From NCBI RefSeq assembly GCF_001194135.2, contig NC_068984.1, positions 95,715,444 to 95,767,146 of the forward strand: 51,703 nucleotides of DNA, in the 5' to 3' direction. This document shows positions 12,983-22,759 of this stretch, in pieces (position 1 is the stretch's first letter; the number at the start of each line of letters is the position of its first letter). Under the pieces are notes generated by a model. It did no database searches and was not told the origin of the DNA. It saw nothing but the letters and a program-made list of their open reading frames with translations. The stretch is from Octopus bimaculoides. Its lineage: Eukaryota. Made by a program: the position numbers and the translations under genes.

Positions 12983-13735
12983 TAGTCATTTCCTCGGTGA
13001 GGCAATGACTAGTGACCGAGACCTTTGGAAATATGCTATGCGTGAGAAGACCCGGCAAGCCAAGTGTGACCATAATCCAAGGCCTCTGCCAGGGGTGTAG
13101 CCAGCCCACTTATGTGTACCTTTCCTTCATTGGACACTAAACTCCGCTTGCAAAGACCTGTTGAGGCAAGTGAAATCGAAATCGAACTAAATTCGACGAC
13201 TGGCACCCATGCCAATGTCTCCTTCATTGGACACTGAACTCGGCTTGCAAAGACCTGTTGAGGCAAGTGAATGTGAAATCGTGATGGCACCTGTACCAGT
13301 GGAGCGCTAAGAGTACCGTCCGAGCGTGATCGTTGCTAGAGCAGCTGTCTGGCTTCCATGCCAGTGGCACATAAATAGCACCATTTGAGTGTGATTGTTA
13401 CCAGCGTTGCCTTCCCAGTACTTGTGCTGGTGGCACGTGAAAAGACATTCGAGCGAGGTCGTTGCCAGTGCCGCTGGACTGGCTCCTGTGCAGGTGGCAC
13501 GTAAAATACACCATTTTGAGCATGGCCGTTGCCAGTACTACCTGACTGGCCTTCATGCCGGTGGCACCCACTACACTCTCAGAGTGGTTGGCGTTAGGAA
13601 GGGCATCCAGCTGTAGAAACTCTGCCAAATCAAGATTGAAGCTTGGTGTAGCCATCTGGCTCGCCAGTTCTCAGTCAAATCGTCCAACCCATAGAAAGCG
13701 GACGTTAAACGATGATGATGATGATTTATCGTTTA
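12983..13735 (+). mobile_element. 5'-truncated RTE LINE (ORF end, 3' UTR, (GAT)n tail) nested in Helitron A
   Basis: EAMTSDRDLWKYAMREKTRQAK followed by the UTR shared with 39190-39830. Ends gcggacgttaaacgatgatgatgatgat. Confidence 0.9.
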
Positions 13736-13788
13736 CTAATCTGAATAAGAACAGCAGTAACCCGGGCAACGCCAGGTGATTCAGCTAG

Positions 13789-15443
13789 TCTATAGAATAT
13801 ATAATAAAATGGAAGGTCTGTGTGTGTACAGACCCTTTTCTTGATCCCCCATAAAATCAATATTTTTCATCCAATTTCGTTCACACTGGGAACATACATC
13901 ACCTATGTTCCAAAGACGGTCACAGACTCTTCAAATTTTCCATATAATGAGTAATGCCGCCCCTAGGAGATGAAAATACCTTCTCATAGGTAAATAACAA
14001 ATACCAATGATCATTGCTTCAAGGGACTTATTCTTGATGATGTAGTTATGCTACTTTCACTACATCTTCTACTACAGTTTTTACAAAGCCCATTCACAGC
14101 AAACCACCAATATTTGCACATTAGCACTTCCTTTAAATCAACATTTTAATTATATTCTTAAATGCCTTCAGAAATTAATCCATATTATATATATTCTCTG
14201 CTTTTACTCATACAAAGTTGTGACAGTTATACAGTTTTTACAATGCCCATTCAGTGCAAACTGCCGATATTTGCACATTAGCATAGGGCTGTTCTTGCAC
14301 CTACAAATGTAGCTGTCATCACTCTTAACTATGACTTACTCAGTAAGCTACCTTCTCAAGAACATTGTTACAGATCAGTTGACACAGTTACATATCTTGA
14401 TCAGATTACACACTTTCCAACTGAATTTCTCAACTCCCAACATCCTCCAGGATTCCCTCCCCATGAACTTCACTTAGAAGTCAGTTGCTCTATCATCTTC
14501 CTAAATGCATCCACACTATGAAATAGAACTCATCTTGTGGTGAAATAAATGATGGACCACATCTCTGAAACCCAAATTATCATGGGACACAGCAAAAATG
14601 ATACCATTTTTATTCTGAAAATTCTGCTAACCCCAACAGATTGCCCCTACCATATGCGAAGACTTCAGTTCCCTCTTAAACTCAGATTTGCCATGACAAT
14701 TAACAAAGCACAAGGTCAATCACTGAAAGTTGTCAGATTGGACCTTGGAACGTTATGCTTTTCACATGGACAGTTCTACGTTGGTTGTTCCAGAGCTGGC
14801 CATCCAGACAACTTATCCATCTATGCTCCTAAAGGAAAAACCAAAAATGTCGTCTACAAAGTAGCCCTACAGTAGTTACTCTTCTACTGCAATCTTCACA
14901 TCTATGCCGTTAGCAATCAGACTTCCTACAAGCATTTCATTGATATTTTGCTTCATTTCCCTGATTGCTGTTAACAGTAAATTACCTTCAATGACCCTTC
15001 TTACTTCACACATGCTGTTCATTCATAAGCGTGCTCTGACATTTATTTTTGTACGTGCCATTATTCTATTTGTGTGTTTGCCATAAATTTTTGCTTTTGT
15101 TTATCATACATGACTTTGTGTTGTCAGGCATTACGAGTAAAATAATTACATGCTACAAAACACTTCAGGTAAGATATAGGATCCCTAATGCCTCCTGCAA
15201 TTGCGATATCACTTCATGGACTTTCATTTATTACTAACCATCAAATTTGTGTTCAAAAAACTTTATTCATTACCTAGGTTGCTTAATACCATATAATAAA
15301 CTGCTAATGAAATTGGTAATTATACATTTTATGCTTTTCAACTTGAAACAACTTCTAACTGCAGGCTAATTCAACTTAAACCATCCAAAGGAGTGTGCTT
15401 TTATAATAAATTACACTGTCCAAAGGACGGGTGCATTTGCTAG
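13789..15443 (+). mobile_element. Non-autonomous Helitron B
   Basis: Starts TC-tata directly after the CTAG of Helitron A. PIF1-like helicase relic at 14283-14875 (RAVLAPTN, EFLNS, RLQFPLKLRFAMTINKAQGQSL, CFSHGQFYVGCSR). 3' hairpin ctgtcc-aaa-ggacgg, then CTAG|T. Confidence 0.9.
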
Positions 15444-15505
15444 TTGCAAATGAAAGAAATAGAATTACACTCCCTAAGAAAAAAAGAAAAACTTAAAAGA
15501 GGAGA

Positions 15506-15689
15506 TGTTATGGGGATAATAGTAATAATGGAACATCCTTCCCATGTGACAAGTGGTATGTGCTAGTCACTACAAATACTGTGAGTGTCAGTTGAGTAGT
15601 AAGTCAAGATAGTCATGTCTTATTTGTTTAACTAACTATACTGCTATACCGGAGTGGATGTTATAACAGTCCGATGCCGGATTACAACA
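15506..15689 (+). repeat. 3' LTR (184 bp)
   Basis: TGTTATGGGG...TACAACA, preceded by a polypurine tract. Confidence 0.95.
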
Positions 15690-16346
15690 ATAGGTTAGCT
15701 TTCTAAGACAGTAGACAGTATTCAACTTTGAGATATCGGTTAATGAAATCTAGCTCAGTGTTAAAAATGATGCTGTAATCATATATGATGACAATTTGAT
15801 GAAATTAAAAGAAATATGACTTATAATATCAGATGTAGCTAGTTTGAACAAACAGCATTGTTGTCAGAGTAGCTGGATTTTACTGTTTTAATTTATACAA
15901 TTAATGGAGATAGGATGGCCCCATCAATTTTTTTCAAGTTTATTCAAAGTAGTTGATGTGTGTAGGGACAATGTGAATGTGGCAGAAAGATTGGATGAAT
16001 GATTTAATGTGGGGGTGAGACACAGAGGAACAAAGATCATTGTAGAAGCAGCGAGGAAAAACAAAGAGAGAAGAAACAACATTTTGGCTATTTCGATCTT
16101 AGCAATGTGTGTGTGTGTGTGTACATGTGTGTGTGTGTGTACATGTGCATGTATGTGTAGCAGCTGCACTGTCCTAGAGAGAGAGAGAGAGAGAGAGCAG
16201 TTGTAGTACTCTATGTGAATCACATTTTGTAGAGGATAAGTAACTCATCAGGGTTGAAATTTGACATTCTGAGACTGAAGAGGAAACTTAGCCCCTTGGA
16301 ATGCAGGTTTTGATAATGTTAGAGATATGCTTAAGGAAATACTCAC

Positions 16347-16490
16347 CTAAATATCCATTCTGGACATAAAAGTCTTCAACCCACTGGTTTTGTGTTCTAA
16401 CAAATATGTTGGGGTGATAGGTCCCTTTCTCTCTATGGCCAGTAATTGAACCATTCAATCGTCCAGAACCCACTAATTCTTCAACAATTG
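16347..16490 (-). CDS. UFL1: UFL1 coding exon 7 (144 nt)
   Basis: Acceptor ttttacAG, donor g|GTGAGT. Translates IVEELVGSGRLNGSITGHREKGTYHPNIFVRTQNQWVEDFYVQNGYL(E) versus human VLEELVNSGRLRG...WVDSFFRQNGYLE. Confidence 0.97.
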
Positions 16491-16829
16491 CTGTAAAAGA
16501 TGAGAGTTCATATTTAAGGTTCTAGATATTCACAACTAGGATTCCATCAGGGGATAATGATACATCACATTCAATACAATATTTACTTTTAAAACTTAAT
16601 ATGGTGGTAGACTGGTAGAAATGGTAGAGCAACAGACAAAATGAATTGCAGGACTTCCCCTTATGGTCTGAGTTCAAACCTTGCTATGATCATCTTTACC
16701 TTTCAATCTTCCCATGTTGATAAAATAAAGTATCAGTGAAGTGCTAGGGTTGATACAATAATTGCACCCTTTCCTCAAATGTGAAGCTTTGTGTCTCTTT
16801 TATTCCTTTTATTTATATTTGTTTCAGTG

Positions 16830-17125
16830 ATTGAACTGTGGTCATGCTGGAGCACATCTTGAATGGTTTAGTCAAACAAACTGCCCCCAGTACTTATTCT
16901 ACTGGTCACTTTTGTCAAACTGCTCAACTACAAGAACATAAATAAACCAACAATGGTTGTCAAATGTGGTGGAGGGGGGGGGGGGCATAAACACACAGAC
17001 ACAAACACATGTACAAGGCTTCCTCAGTTTCTATTTACCAAATTCATTCACAAGGCATTGGTTGGCCTTGCTCTATAGTAGAAAATATATTCCTAAGATG
17101 TCATACAGACATAACTATGGTGACT
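16830..17125 (-). mobile_element. Degenerate OR2-like SINE (an OR1-like SINE lies just left at about 16600-16800)
   Basis: Reverse complement of both modules of the 20233-20655 element. Confidence 0.65.
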
Positions 17126-17308
17126 GTGAAGTGAAGGAGACATCCAAAATTTGGGACAAGACATTTATTGAACAAGAGCAATCTGAAACATTGGATTCTT
17201 TCCACGCCTTACAATTTGGCACTTCCACATCTTGTTTCTTCAAATCCAGGATTTTATCTTAGAAATCAATAGTTTTAATGTATCTATGTTTTATCTCTGC
17301 TTGATTAA

Positions 17309-18370
17309 CCCTTTCGTTACTAACCCAGCTGTAGCCGGCCGAAAAATCTTTTGGTTCATAAGACCAACCCGGCCGTAGCCGGCCGAGAGTACCCATTGTT
17401 ATTTAAATGTATATTTGAACCCAAATCTCGTTAGTACATTCGTGAAAACACCTGATTTCACTTTGCAAACAGTTGAGTTATTGTATCCGACATTGTTTGG
17501 CATGATATTTGAACTCAGTGAATTTTGGAAGATTTTTTTCCACATTTTTTGTGGCGTTAATTTTTTTCAACTTTGAAGATGGAGAGGAGTTTCATGCTAT
17601 CAAGCAGTGATTCCGAATTTGAAAGTTTTTCAACAGAAGATAACGAGATATCGAAGAAAAGAATGAATGAGCTACAAAAGCACGTGGTGAACGATAATGA
17701 ATCGGATATTTCTGTATCCGAAACTGAAAACAGCGACGGCGACAGTAAGGATGATTTTACACCATAATGGAGTAAAGATTTTAAAAATATTTTTATTAAC
17801 AATTTTTCTGAGGAGACAGGGTCTACCCATAGTCTTTCTCAGGAAGCGAAACCTTTAGACTTCTTTTTCATGCTTGTTTGAAATGATTACTGCGGAAACA
17901 AACTGTTACGCAGANNNNNNNNNNNNNNNNNNNNNNNNGCTGGAAAAAAAAAAGATAGCTTGTGGTTTCCTGCAACTGTAGATGAAATACGGGCATTTTT
18001 TGCCATAAATATTATTATGGGTATTAGACAGTTATCCAGAATAACAAATTACTGGAGCGATCAGGAATCTTTTGGCAATGAATATATTTCCAGTATTATG
18101 AACGAATATGATTCGTGAAGCTGAACCAATATTTATATGTGAGAGACACTAGCAGTACCCCAGTACGTGGAGAACTTTGAGACAAAAAATTATGCAATAG
18201 AATTGATTAAGAACCCTTTCTTTAATTATATTCCAAATATCACATTAATATGATGATAAATTAAAAAGTTACAGGTGTTTAATGAGACTAGTCTAAATTC
18301 ATGATTATTTTAGAATTTAATTGAAACTCATGAGGGGTGTATTTTGGTCAGAAATATAGTAACGAAAGGG
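17309..18370 (+). mobile_element. Internally deleted piggyBac (PGBD4-like) transposon
   Basis: 14-bp perfect TIRs CCCTTTCGTTACTA with TTAA on both sides. Subterminal direct repeat gtagccggccga x2. Acidic N-terminus and the relic WFPATVDEIRAFFAINIIMGI...YWS...FGNEYISSIM. Confidence 0.92.
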
Positions 18371-18467
18371 TTAAATAATTTTGACAATTTAAAAAATATG
18401 AACTAATATATTAGTGATACATCTATGACATGGCAACTTATATTCTACAATAAAGTAACGGGTGCTA

Positions 18468-18860
18468 GATCATCATCATCATCATCATCATCATCAACAT
18501 TTAACATCTGTTTTCCATGCTGGCATGGGTTGGACGGCTTGACAAGAACTGGCAAGTTCAGGAGTCACACCAAGTTTCATAGTCTGTTTCAGCATGGTTT
18601 CTATGGCTGGATGCCCTTCCTAACACCAACCACTTCACAGAGTGTACAGGGTACTTTTTAAGTGACACCATCACTAGTGCTTTTAACGTGCATCACCAGT
18701 GCTTTTGATGTGGTACCAGCACCAGTGCTTTTTACATGGCACCAGTACCAGTGCTTTCTACATGGCACCAACACCAGTGCTTTTTACATGGCACTAGCAC
18801 CAGTGCTTTTTATATGGCATCAGCACCCACACCAATGCTTTTTACATGGTACCTTGGTTT
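18468..18860 (-). mobile_element. RTE-type 3' tail followed by a 26-bp minisatellite (accagtgctttttacatggcaccagc, about 7 units at 18665-18855)
   Basis: (CAT)n-tttaacatc-ttttccatgctggcatgggttggac tail, and accagtgc recurring at 26-bp spacing (18721, 18747). Confidence 0.85.
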
Positions 18861-19203
18861 TAGGATCTCAATTCTGTCATGGCAAGTGGGTCTTCTCATG
18901 AAGTTGATATATGTTACTGTAAAAAGGAATCATTATTGACATCATTAACCCCACTATCATCAATTTAGCATCAGATTTCACATGCCAGAATAGACTAGAA
19001 AGGTATTATTAAAGTATTTTTTATAGCTTCTGCCATTTTTAAAGATTTTGAGACTAGTGAGAGAAAAAGGTTATTCTCAAACTAAAGGCTTAATTCAAAT
19101 CCTTGTAGCAAAATACATAGCACTAAAGGTATCCAACAACCTGGTGATGCATCAAGTCAACCAACTGGAAAAACTGGTTCCTTTTCTGTCATACCACCAT
19201 ACT

Positions 19204-19696
19204 GGAGTGGCTGTGTGGTAAGTAGCTTCCTTACCAACCACATGGTTCCGGGTTCATTCCCACTGCGTGGCACCTTGGGCAAGTGTCTTCTACTATAGCC
19301 TCGGGCCGACCAAAGCCTTGTGAGTGGATTTGGTAGACGGAAACTGAAAGAAGCCTGTCATATATATGTATATATATATGTGTGTGTGTATGTGTTTGTG
19401 TGTCTGTGTTTGTCCCACTAACATCGCTTGACAACCAATGCAGGTGTGCTTACGTCCCCGTAACTTAGCGGTTCGGCAAAAGAGACCAATAGAATAAGTA
19501 CTAGGCATCCAAAGAATAAGTCCTGGGGTTGATTTGCTCGACTATAAAGGTGGTNNNNNNNNNNAATAAGTACTAGGCATCCAAAGAATAAGTCCTGGGG
19601 TTGATTTGCTCGACTATAAAGGTGGTGCTCCAGCATAGCCGCAGTCAAATGACTGAAACAAGTAAAAGAGTATAAGAGTAAAAAGAGTAAAGAGTA
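19204..19696 (+). mobile_element. OR2-like CORE-type SINE (two-module), spans a 10-N gap
   Basis: tRNA-like head with A box (gtggtaagtag) and B box (ggttcattcc), CORE-like ggcaccttgggcaagtg, microsatellite linker, second module and (AAAAGAGT)n tail. Confidence 0.85.
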
Positions 19697-19767
19697 CTAG
19701 CAAAATGAAATGTCACAAATAATTTCATAAAACAACAGAAAATACAGAAACAGGCACTGAAACTTAC

Positions 19768-19826
19768 AGTAAAACATTTGATCTTGGAAGTTATGTTTAC
19801 GACACACATTGTATAAACTGGTTGGT
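19768..19826 (-). CDS. UFL1: UFL1 coding exon 6 (59 nt)
   Basis: Acceptor tttccAG, donor t|GTAAGT. Translates PTSLYNVCRKHNFQDQMFY(S) versus human [20 protein letters not shown]. Phases 2 to 1 bridge exons 5 and 7 exactly. Confidence 0.92.
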
Positions 19827-20232
19827 CTGGAAATAAACAAATTAAACATTTTTAACTCATTTCATACCAACCCATCTGAGACCATCACCTCTCATTCTAT
19901 GTTATCAACTTGAGATCACCTCCTCCTCTTCTACACCAATCCATTTAAGACCACCTCTCATTCTATCTCACAAAACCTGCTTGTTTTAAAGTGTTCATCA
20001 ACATCATTATCTTTTTAGTGTTCAATTTTACAGGAGTGCATGGGTTAGAAGGCATTTGTTAAGGCACATTTTTGACAGACAGACACCCTTCCTGTTGCCA
20101 ACCCTTACTAGTTTCCAAGCAAGGTAATATTTCCCATGTTTTTACAGAAGAATGGAAACAACACTGCTTGCATAACAATGGCACTCATTTACACATAATG
20201 ACAAGACAAAGAGGTACAAAAATACTTATATA

Positions 20233-20655
20233 GGCGCAAGAGTGGCTGTGTGGTAAGTAGCTTGCTTACCAACCACATGGTTCCGGGTTCAGTCCCACTG
20301 CGTGGCACCTTGGGCAAGTGTCTTCTACTATAGCCTCGGGCCGACCAAAGCCTTGTGAGTGGATTTGGTAGACGGAAACTGAAAGAAGCCCGTTGTATAT
20401 ATGTATGTATATATATGTGTATGTGTGTGTATATGTTTGTGTCTCTGTGTTTGTCCCCCCAGCATCGCTTGAGAACCGATGCTGGTGTGTTTACGTCCCC
20501 GTAACTTAGCGGTTCGGCCAAAATGAACGGATGGAACAAGTACTAGGCTTACAAAGAATAAGTCCTGGGGTCGATTAGCTTGACTAAAAGGCGGTGCCCC
20601 AGCATGGCCGCAGTCAAATGACTGAAACAAGTAAAAGAGTAAAAGAGTAAAGAGT
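20233..20655 (+). mobile_element. OR2-like CORE-type SINE, near full length
   Basis: Same architecture as 19204-19696 and highly similar to it. Confidence 0.88.
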
Positions 20656-20667
20656 ATACATGCATAT

Positions 20668-20835
20668 ACATATATATGACAGGCTTCTTTTAGTTTCCAT
20701 CTTCCATATCCACTCACAAGGGTTTGTTGGCCCAAGACTTAAGTAGAAGACACTGCCCAACATGCTTCATATTGGAACTGAGCCTGAAATAATGTGGTTG
20801 GGAAGCAAACTTCTTAACCATATAGCCTTACCTGT
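20668..20835 (-). mobile_element. Older OR2-like SINE head, inverted relative to the adjacent copy
   Basis: Reverse complement of the head/CORE module (ttcttttagtttcc...ccactcacaag...gtagaagacactgccc...atgtggttgggaagc). Confidence 0.75.
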
Positions 20836-20844
20836 TCATATATA

Positions 20845-21030
20845 TATTTGTATTAAATCTTCCATCATAATCTTATCTAAGAACCTCTCTTTATATTCCA
20901 AATTTTAAATGAATGATGACAAAGTTGATTATTTTACTAAATCCCAATCAAATTCTAGATTATTTTCAAAATTAACTGAAACATATACATAGTGCATTTC
21001 AATAGAAATATAATTATAAAATGCTTAAAC
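20845..21030. mobile_element. Degenerate piggyBac-type MITE
   Basis: Shares aagaacc...tatattccaaat and gattattttcaaaattaactgaaac with the piggyBac right end at 18200-18370. Confidence 0.55.
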
Positions 21031-21119
21031 TGTTAACCAGTATTATGTTGTACTCTATTTTCTGGTAATAGCCGTCACTCTTATTACTATTACTATTACT
21101 ATTATTATTATTATTATTA

Positions 21120-21745
21120 ATTAGGGAATTATGCTTAGCAGCATTTCTTCCAGCTTTATGTTCTGAATTCAAATGCTACCAAGGTCAACTTTCTTTTCAT
21201 CCTTCCAGGGTGAAAAACTAAGTATCAGTCAAGTACAGAATTGATGTAATTGACTAGCCCCATCCCACAAAATTTCAGGCATTGTGCCTATAGTAGAACA
21301 AATTATTTAGGGTGATAGACTGCCAGTATCATTAAAGCATCAGACAAAATGCCTTGCAGTATAACAACCACATGTGCACGACATGATGATCTCATATCAA
21401 GATAAACAGCACATGACCTTGCAGGTGAGGTCCAGTTAGAATTTTCTTCATGTCGAGTAGCCCATCCCGATCAAAAGGTCCCTGAATAAGGGTTGTTTAA
21501 GGATGTAGAATGAAACACCCATGTTTCCAGAGGTGAAAAGCAGTGAGCTGGCAGAATCTTTAGCATGCCAGACAAAATACTTAGTGGTATTTCATCTGTC
21601 TTTATGTTCTGAATTCAAATTACGCCAAAGTTGACTTTGCCTTTAATCCTTTCAGGGACAATAAATTAAGTATCAGTCAAGCACTGGGGTTGATATAATT
21701 GTCTAGCACCCTCCTCCCAAACTTCTGATCTTATGCCTTAAACTA
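21120..21745 (+). mobile_element. Cluster of OR1-like SINE copies and another interspersed repeat
   Basis: Two copies of the ttctgaattcaaat...gactttgcctttcatcc...aagtatcagt module (21165-21300, 21545-21740). Confidence 0.65.
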
Positions 21746-21769
21746 GTACATACTAATTTAATTAGCAGG

Positions 21770-21990
21770 AATTTTATCTTGAAGGTTGGTGACAAGTCTC
21801 TTCAAATCTCAAGTATCTTTCTGAAGTTTTTTGCCGAATATAGGATAGTGCTTTTCTACAGGTTGACAAAGCAAATCTCAATTCCAATCTCTTTCAGTCT
21901 CTTTGATAACATTTTGAGTATTGTGCCAAGTGTAACAATTGCTGCAGAAATAATTGTCTTAGTCTTCCACAGTCTCTTCAGCTCTCTGAC
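21770..21990 (-). mobile_element. 3' fragment of an R4/Dong-like (RLE) non-LTR retrotransposon
   Basis: ELKRLWKTKTIISAAIVTLGTILKMLSKRLKEIGIEI...KSTILYSAKNFRKILEI*, like the terminal ELxRLW...VGALG...ILRKVL segment of RLE LINEs. Confidence 0.7.
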
Positions 21991-22759
21991 TACATATTAT
22001 TATTATCATTATTATTATTATTTACAGCAGTAGGTTGGCAGAATCTTTACAACATGCCTTGCAATATTGCTTTCAATAGTTATTATTATTCTTATTGTTA
22101 TTGTATCTAATAAAAGCACAAGGCAACAAATTGAAGAGAATAGTAAAGAGAATTAGATCAAACTCCTCCACAGGTTACTTTAATTTATCAACCTCTGAAG
22201 AATGAAAGGTAAAGTCAAGTTTGGCATGATTCAAACAGAATGATGCTCTACTGATTCTACAAAGAAAAAAAAGAAGACAAATGATAATAATAAGGGTTTC
22301 TGATTTAAGAACAAGCCAACAATTTTCAGTGTAAGGAGTACTATATTTTATCAGTATTCCAAAAGTTGACCATTGAAACCAGAATGTACAAGATAATTAA
22401 TCTGGAGTTGCATCACTCTGATGACCACTTTTTTTATATATTATTAACAATAATTACAATAACCTTAGAGATATATTTTGTAAAGTACCTCAGATTTAAC
22501 ACAGTAGACAGAAAATAGCACTAAGTACTGTGTACATATGTAGAGTATTTTCAATACAATAGAAAGTACAGAAACAAAATACTACACAAGCCAACAGAGA
22601 GCTGAGCAGTGAAGCATGCAATGAACACGAGATACTCAAGCTAAATTTGAGGATTTTTTTTATGTCTTCCTTCTTCAGCATTGGAGAGCATGAAGATTAA
22701 AGTTGTAATTGAGAAAAAGTTACCTGACAAAGAGGATTGGAAGTCATCTGAATATTGGA

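Larger units (their letters stand above)
11708..13788 (+). mobile_element. Non-autonomous Helitron A
   Basis: (TA)n-type 5' end. Helicase C-terminal relic at 12445-12885 (ERAILAS, CNGT, FPVKLSFGISINKSQNQSL, CFSHSQLYVGCSRV). 3' hairpin cccgggcaacgccagg followed by CTAG at 13785-13788. Confidence 0.88.
7604..15689 (+). mobile_element. Full-span Ty3/Gypsy (Mag-like) LTR retrotransposon, degenerate, with nested Helitrons
   Basis: Two 184-bp TG...CA LTRs (7604-7787, 15506-15689) and ATAG direct repeat on both flanks. Decayed PBS-like gtgataatgaggat after the 5' LTR and PPT aaaagaggaga before the 3' LTR. Confidence 0.93.

Noticed and set aside
18665-18855. Regularly spaced 26-bp repeats (also the 30- and 40-bp arrays) as a possible CRISPR array
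   Set aside because: There are no unique spacers, the units are contiguous and degenerate, there are no cas genes, and the context is a eukaryotic intron.
19494-19625. Exact ~60-bp tandem duplication inside a SINE
   Set aside because: The two copies flank a 10-N gap, so this is almost certainly an unmerged contig overlap.
20233-20310. tRNA-like A/B boxes (also at 19204 and 48250-48330)
   Set aside because: These are SINE heads. They have no complete cloverleaf and continue into SINE bodies.
19231-20735. Many 60-140-aa ORFs over SINEs and (CA)/(TA) tracts, here and at 29494-30058
   Set aside because: They are low-complexity translations (HTHT, CVCV, YIYI) of repeats, with no coding signal.
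21779-22033. Protein-like reading frame first considered as a missing UFL1 exon
   Set aside because: The minus strand has stops and matches an RLE LINE C-terminus. The UFL1 chain is complete without it.
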